Part shown: positions 60,503 through 64,000 of the stretch, piece after piece
Numbering within the stretch: position 1 is the first letter of the stretch
Layout of the letters: every line of letters starts with the position of its first letter
Position numbers and translations under genes: made by a program
Assembly: GCA_018623095.1 (NCBI GenBank)
Contig: JAAZVX010000001.1
Span: forward strand, 7,725-71,724
From: Marinobacterium sp.
Lineage (GTDB): Bacteria > Pseudomonadota > Gammaproteobacteria > Pseudomonadales > Balneatricaceae
Length of the DNA: 64,000 nt
Direction of reading: 5' to 3'
The notes under the pieces: model-generated
The model's database searches: none
What the model saw: the letters and a program-made list of their open reading frames with translations, nothing else
Told to the model about the DNA's origin: nothing

Positions 60503-60523
60503 CACTATGAATAGGAAGTGGGT

Positions 60524-60820
60524 ATGACTAAGTCTGAGCTGATCGAACGCCTGATAGACAAACATCCGGAACTCTCTGTTAAAGATGTCGAGTTGGCTGT
60601 GAAAATCATGTTAACTCAAATGGCCGATACCTTGGCCGAAGGCGAGCGAATTGAGATTCGCGGCTTCGGTAGCTTCTCACTTCACTATCGTGCCCCTCGT
60701 GTTGGCCGTAATCCGAAAACCGGTGAATCCGTCTCGTTGCCAGCAAAGCATGTTCCTCACTTCAAGCCAGGCAAAGAGTTACGTGAGCAGGTCAACGCCA
60801 GCTTGAAAGACGAGTATTAA
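60524..60820 (+). CDS. ihfB: integration host factor beta subunit
   Basis: [42 protein letters not shown]. Confidence 0.97.
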   Translation: MTKSELIERLIDKHPELSVKDVELAVKIMLTQMADTLAEGERIEIRGFGSFSLHYRAPRVGRNPKTGESVSLPAKHVPHFKPGKELREQVNASLKDEY

Positions 60821-60822
60821 GC

Positions 60823-61128
60823 TTGAGAGCCATTAAACTACTTATAACGTCAGCTATTGCGCTGTTAGTTCTGTTAACAGGCATTATTCTAACTATTCAC
60901 AACACAACCCCGGTCGAAATTGATCTGGTTTGGGTTACCCTGCCCGAGGCAAGTCTCTCGATCTGGTTGATCATATCAATGGTTGTCGGCCTGTTAGTCG
61001 GTATTCTATTGACCAGTGCGCGAGTACTGACTCTGCGGGCAAAGTTGCTCGGCTCTAATCGAAAGTTACGAAAAGCTGAACAACAAATTGAGACGTTGAA
61101 TCGTGAGGTTCAACGAGGCGCAGAATGA
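60823..61128 (+). CDS. lapA: lipopolysaccharide assembly protein LapA family
   Basis: Two TM helices and a C-terminal coiled coil; lies between ihfB and lapB. Confidence 0.8.
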   Translation: MRAIKLLITSAIALLVLLTGIILTIHNTTPVEIDLVWVTLPEASLSIWLIISMVVGLLVGILLTSARVLTLRAKLLGSNRKLRKAEQQIETLNREVQRGAE

Positions 61129-62309
61129 GTGCCAACTCCCCCTACCTGCTTTTTCTTTTTCTTCTGCTTGCAGTTGCCATAGGTTGGTATCTGGGCAGTC
61201 GACGACTGAAGAGAAAAGAGCGCCGGAACCAAGCGCTGCCACCTGCTTACCTTTCCGGACTTGATCACCTGATTGATAACCGAACGGAAGAGGCGATCGA
61301 ATCGTTCATTCATGCCCTCGAGGTTAACTCTGACAATCTGCCTGCCCACATTGCTTTGGCCAAGCTATTAAGGCGCAAAGGCGATATAGATCGTGCCGTT
61401 CAAATTCATGAGCGCATGTTAAAGCGTAAAGATCTTTCAGTTTATGATCGTCAGCGTGTGAAATTAGCGCTAGCACGGGACTTCTTCGCTTTGGGGCTGT
61501 TAGATCGTGCTGAAGATGCCGCTGCGCCACTGGCTAAACAGACCGATTATCCAGAACTAAGGTATCGAGCGATCGTTCTGCTCATCCGTCTTTATGAGCA
61601 AGAGGGTGAGTGGCATCAAGCGCTGCAAAGCGCTGATATTCTGCCCAACAAAAATCGTAAAGAGTTGGTCAATGAGCTCTCACATTATCACTGTGAGCTT
61701 GCTCAAAATCAGATCGCTAATGGTGAATTAGAGGCTGCCCTCAGCGAGTTGGAGTTAGCGCTTTCAACCGATGCAAAGTGTGTGCGAGCTAATTTGATTT
61801 TAGCTCGAGTTTATATGTTGAAGTCGCAATGGCGTGCTGCGATCAAAGCGTTGCAAAGTATTGCTGAACAAGATCCTCTGTTTATCCCTGAGACACTCAA
61901 TCCGCTCAGACGCTGTTTTGAGTCGTTAGGGGATGAGCTTGGCCTAAGCCAGTATCTCAATGATCTAATGAGACGGCACCCCTCAACCAGTTTAATGCTC
62001 TCCTTAGCAGAGTTAAAACGGGATAAAGAGGGCGTTTTTGCAGCGGGCTTATTCATTACTGAAGCGTTGAAGAGCCGTCCATCGGTTAAAGGCTTCAACC
62101 GCTTAATAGATATGCACATTGAGCATGGCTCATCGAGCGCACGCGAGAGTCTGTTGAATTTGCGTTCGCTGACGCAGCAGCTTGAGATGTCCAAGCCAGT
62201 CTATCGCTGCGGAAATTGCGGTTACGCGGCACGCAGTTTGGTTTGGCAGTGTCCAAGTTGTAAGCGATGGGGTAGTATCCGCCCAATCCAAGGTTTAGAA
62301 GGTGAATAG
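61125..62309 (+). CDS. lapB: lipopolysaccharide assembly protein LapB
   Basis: N-terminal TM, TPR repeats, C-terminal rubredoxin-like YRCGNCGY...[10 protein letters not shown]. Confidence 0.93.
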   Translation: MSANSPYLLFLFLLLAVAIGWYLGSRRLKRKERRNQALPPAYLSGLDHLIDNRTEEAIESFIHALEVNSDNLPAHIALAKLLRRKGDIDRAVQIHERMLKRKDLSVYDRQRVKLALARDFFALGLLDRAEDAAAPLAKQTDYPELRYRAIVLLIRLYEQEGEWHQALQSADILPNKNRKELVNELSHYHCELAQNQIANGELEAALSELELALSTDAKCVRANLILARVYMLKSQWRAAIKALQSIAEQDPLFIPETLNPLRRCFESLGDELGLSQYLNDLMRRHPSTSLMLSLAELKRDKEGVFAAGLFITEALKSRPSVKGFNRLIDMHIEHGSSSARESLLNLRSLTQQLEMSKPVYRCGNCGYAARSLVWQCPSCKRWGSIRPIQGLEGE

Positions 62310-63042
62310 AGTGTCCATTGAAGATAATAAACGCGTCATAGTTGCCCTAGATTATCCAGAAGCCGATAGCGCTCTATCGATGGCTAAACAGCTAGACCCT
62401 GCGGTCTCTCGCGTCAAAGTAGGCAAGGAGCTATTCACGCGTTGTGGACCTGACGTGGTTGAACGTCTCCATGCTCTCGGTTTTGAAGTCTTTTTGGATC
62501 TTAAGTTTCATGACATTCCTAATACCGTTGCCAAAGCCTGTGGTATTGCAGCTGAGCTAGGTGTCTGGATGGTGAATGTTCATGCCAGTGGTGGCCGTCG
62601 AATGATGGAGGCTGCTCGTGACGAGGTCGAGAAGCGCAGTCGTGGTCCACAACGCACCTCACTGATTGCTGTGACGGTTCTAACCAGTATGGAGCGAGGC
62701 GATTTAGCTGAAATGGGCTTGGATATTGACCCAATCGATCAGGTGAAACGTCTCGCAGCGCTGACTGAGCGCTCAGGGCTTGATGGTGTGGTCTGTTCTG
62801 CACAAGAGGCTGCTGCTATTAGGGCTCAAGCCTCTGATCAATTCCAGCTTGTGACACCTGGTATACGCCCAGCAGGATCGGCTGTGGGCGATCAGCGCCG
62901 CATTATGACACCGGCTGACGCGATTGCTGCAGGTAGCACCTATTTAGTGGTTGGACGTCCAATAACCGGTGCTGAAGACCCAGCGGTGGCGGCTGCAGCG
63001 GTTCAGGTCGAAGTGGATGCTGCGTTGGCTGGTTCTGATTAA
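62302..63042 (+). CDS. pyrF: orotidine-5'-phosphate decarboxylase
   Basis: [45 protein letters not shown]. Confidence 0.97.
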   Translation: MNRVSIEDNKRVIVALDYPEADSALSMAKQLDPAVSRVKVGKELFTRCGPDVVERLHALGFEVFLDLKFHDIPNTVAKACGIAAELGVWMVNVHASGGRRMMEAARDEVEKRSRGPQRTSLIAVTVLTSMERGDLAEMGLDIDPIDQVKRLAALTERSGLDGVVCSAQEAAAIRAQASDQFQLVTPGIRPAGSAVGDQRRIMTPADAIAAGSTYLVVGRPITGAEDPAVAAAAVQVEVDAALAGSD

Positions 63043-63208
63043 ATACTCTGCGGTTTCTGGGAATTGCTGATGTTGTCGTGTCAGGCTTAAGCCAGACACG
63101 CATTGTCGAAAAAATATAAATATTTTTTGGCGTTTTTTAATCCATGGTCTAGTTTGAATAGTGAGAGTAAGGATAGCTCTCATTTCAAATAAGACATGGA
63201 GGTTCATT

Positions 63209-63505
63209 ATGAACATCAAATCTCTCGCTTCACGCGTGTTCGCACCACTCTTACTCACTCTTTTTTCATCGACTGCAATAGCAGGTTACCCGGTTAACAT
63301 AAACTCAGCGGATGCCATTGAGTTGGCCGATGCATTAGAGGGTATTGGTCAATCCAAAGCAGAGGCGATCGTTGCTTACCGTGATCAAAACGGCCCTTTT
63401 AACTCGGTTGAATCGCTGACTGCTGTTCGTGGTATAGGCGTCGCAACCGTTGAGAAAAATGTAGAGTACATTCTTCTAGAGCCTGCGAAACCAATGAATG
63501 AGTAG
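63209..63505 (+). CDS. ComEA family helix-hairpin-helix DNA-binding protein
   Basis: Signal peptide; VNINSADA, GIGQSKAEAIVAYR..NGPF, VRGIG; ATG 63209 with GGAGG SD. Confidence 0.9.
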   Translation: MNIKSLASRVFAPLLLTLFSSTAIAGYPVNINSADAIELADALEGIGQSKAEAIVAYRDQNGPFNSVESLTAVRGIGVATVEKNVEYILLEPAKPMNE

Positions 63506-63518
63506 TGGCTTGTAATGA

Positions 63519-63539
63519 GGAGGCTCCAGTGGGGCCTCC
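63519..63539. terminator. stem-loop between convergent comEA-like and AEC genes
   Basis: ggaggctcc-agt-ggggcctcc. Confidence 0.65.
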
Positions 63540-63548
63540 CTAATTTGA

Positions 63549-64000
63549 TTAAAGTACGAAAAAGAGCGTGAGAGGAATGAACGCCAAGCTTGCTAAATTA
63601 CCGATCAGTACAATAGAAGCAACGGTCTCAGGTTGTTGGTTGTAGCGCTCAGCAAACATGTAATTCAGAACAGCCGGTGGCAGTACACTAAAGAGCACTA
63701 TATAGGCTGTAAACTCATCCGAGAGCCCCATGATCCAGGCAAAAGGTATCGCAAAAACCAAGCTGCTAAGCGGTGAAAAGATTGCGCCATAGAGGCCTAT
63801 TTTCCATTGGCTCAGATCGACTGTGATCATCCTGACCCCTAAAGCAAAGAGCATCAGCGGAATCGATATCTGACCAACCATATCAATGGGGGTCGCCAGC
63901 CAGGTAGGTAGGGGTAGCTTGAACAGTGCCCAAGCAAGTCCCGCAAAAGTGGATAAAATGATTGGATTTTTTAAAAGCCCTGTTAGTTTGGCGTTTTCAT
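63549..64000 (-). CDS. AEC (auxin efflux carrier) family transporter, 5' partial
   Basis: SIPLMLFALG and LPPAVLNYMFAERY are C-terminal AEC motifs; the reading frame continues toward the window end. Confidence 0.8.
   Translation of the reverse strand, partial: ENAKLTGLLKNPIILSTFAGLAWALFKLPLPTWLATPIDMVGQISIPLMLFALGVRMITVDLSQWKIGLYGAIFSPLSSLVFAIPFAWIMGLSDEFTAYIVLFSVLPPAVLNYMFAERYNQQPETVASIVLIGNLASLAFIPLTLFFVL

Noticed and set aside
1-64000. CRISPR arrays, tRNA/rRNA genes, IS elements, prophage or defence genes
   Set aside because: I recognised no regularly spaced repeats, cloverleaf or rRNA signatures, or transposase, integrase or phage ORFs on reading the window.

Overview
A 64-kb stretch of mostly core chromosome from a Gammaproteobacterium. 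It is probably a marine Oceanospirillales-like organism, inferred from Pseudomonas/Oceanospirillales-type gene order (ubiG-mupP-yciK; gyrA-serC-pheA-hisC-tyrA/aroA-cmk-rpsA-ihfB-lapAB-pyrF-comEA) plus an H-NS gene. Contents: alr; SRP RNA (ffs)-dnaX-ybaB-recR-rnd-ycgL-ycgN-feoAB; a lower-GC Rhizobium-type glycerol cluster (glpR, glpD, ABC importer, glpK); a stand-alone rpsA next to prc; an FKBP/M18 aminopeptidase/thioesterase/OsmC-YcaO run; stress and redox genes; a glycolate oxidase cluster (glcC, glcGDEF); hns-rluB; and the gyrA-to-comEA supraoperon. I found no CRISPR array, integrase, transposase, tRNA or rRNA. The most striking observation is two full-length six-domain ribosomal protein S1 genes, about 63% identical over the first 200 aa by hand count. 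The relocated copy carries the promoter, structured leader, terminator and high-expression codon bias, while the copy at the canonical cmk locus has lost its leader. In that same canonical operon, the prephenate dehydratase half of PheA is internally deleted and the EPSP synthase half of TyrA-AroA has lost many catalytic residues, although both ORFs remain open. dnaX carries a complete E. coli-style -1 frameshift signal (SD-like AGGAG, A AAA AAG, stem-loop, immediate -1 stop). All assignments are from motif recognition by eye; no database searches were run.
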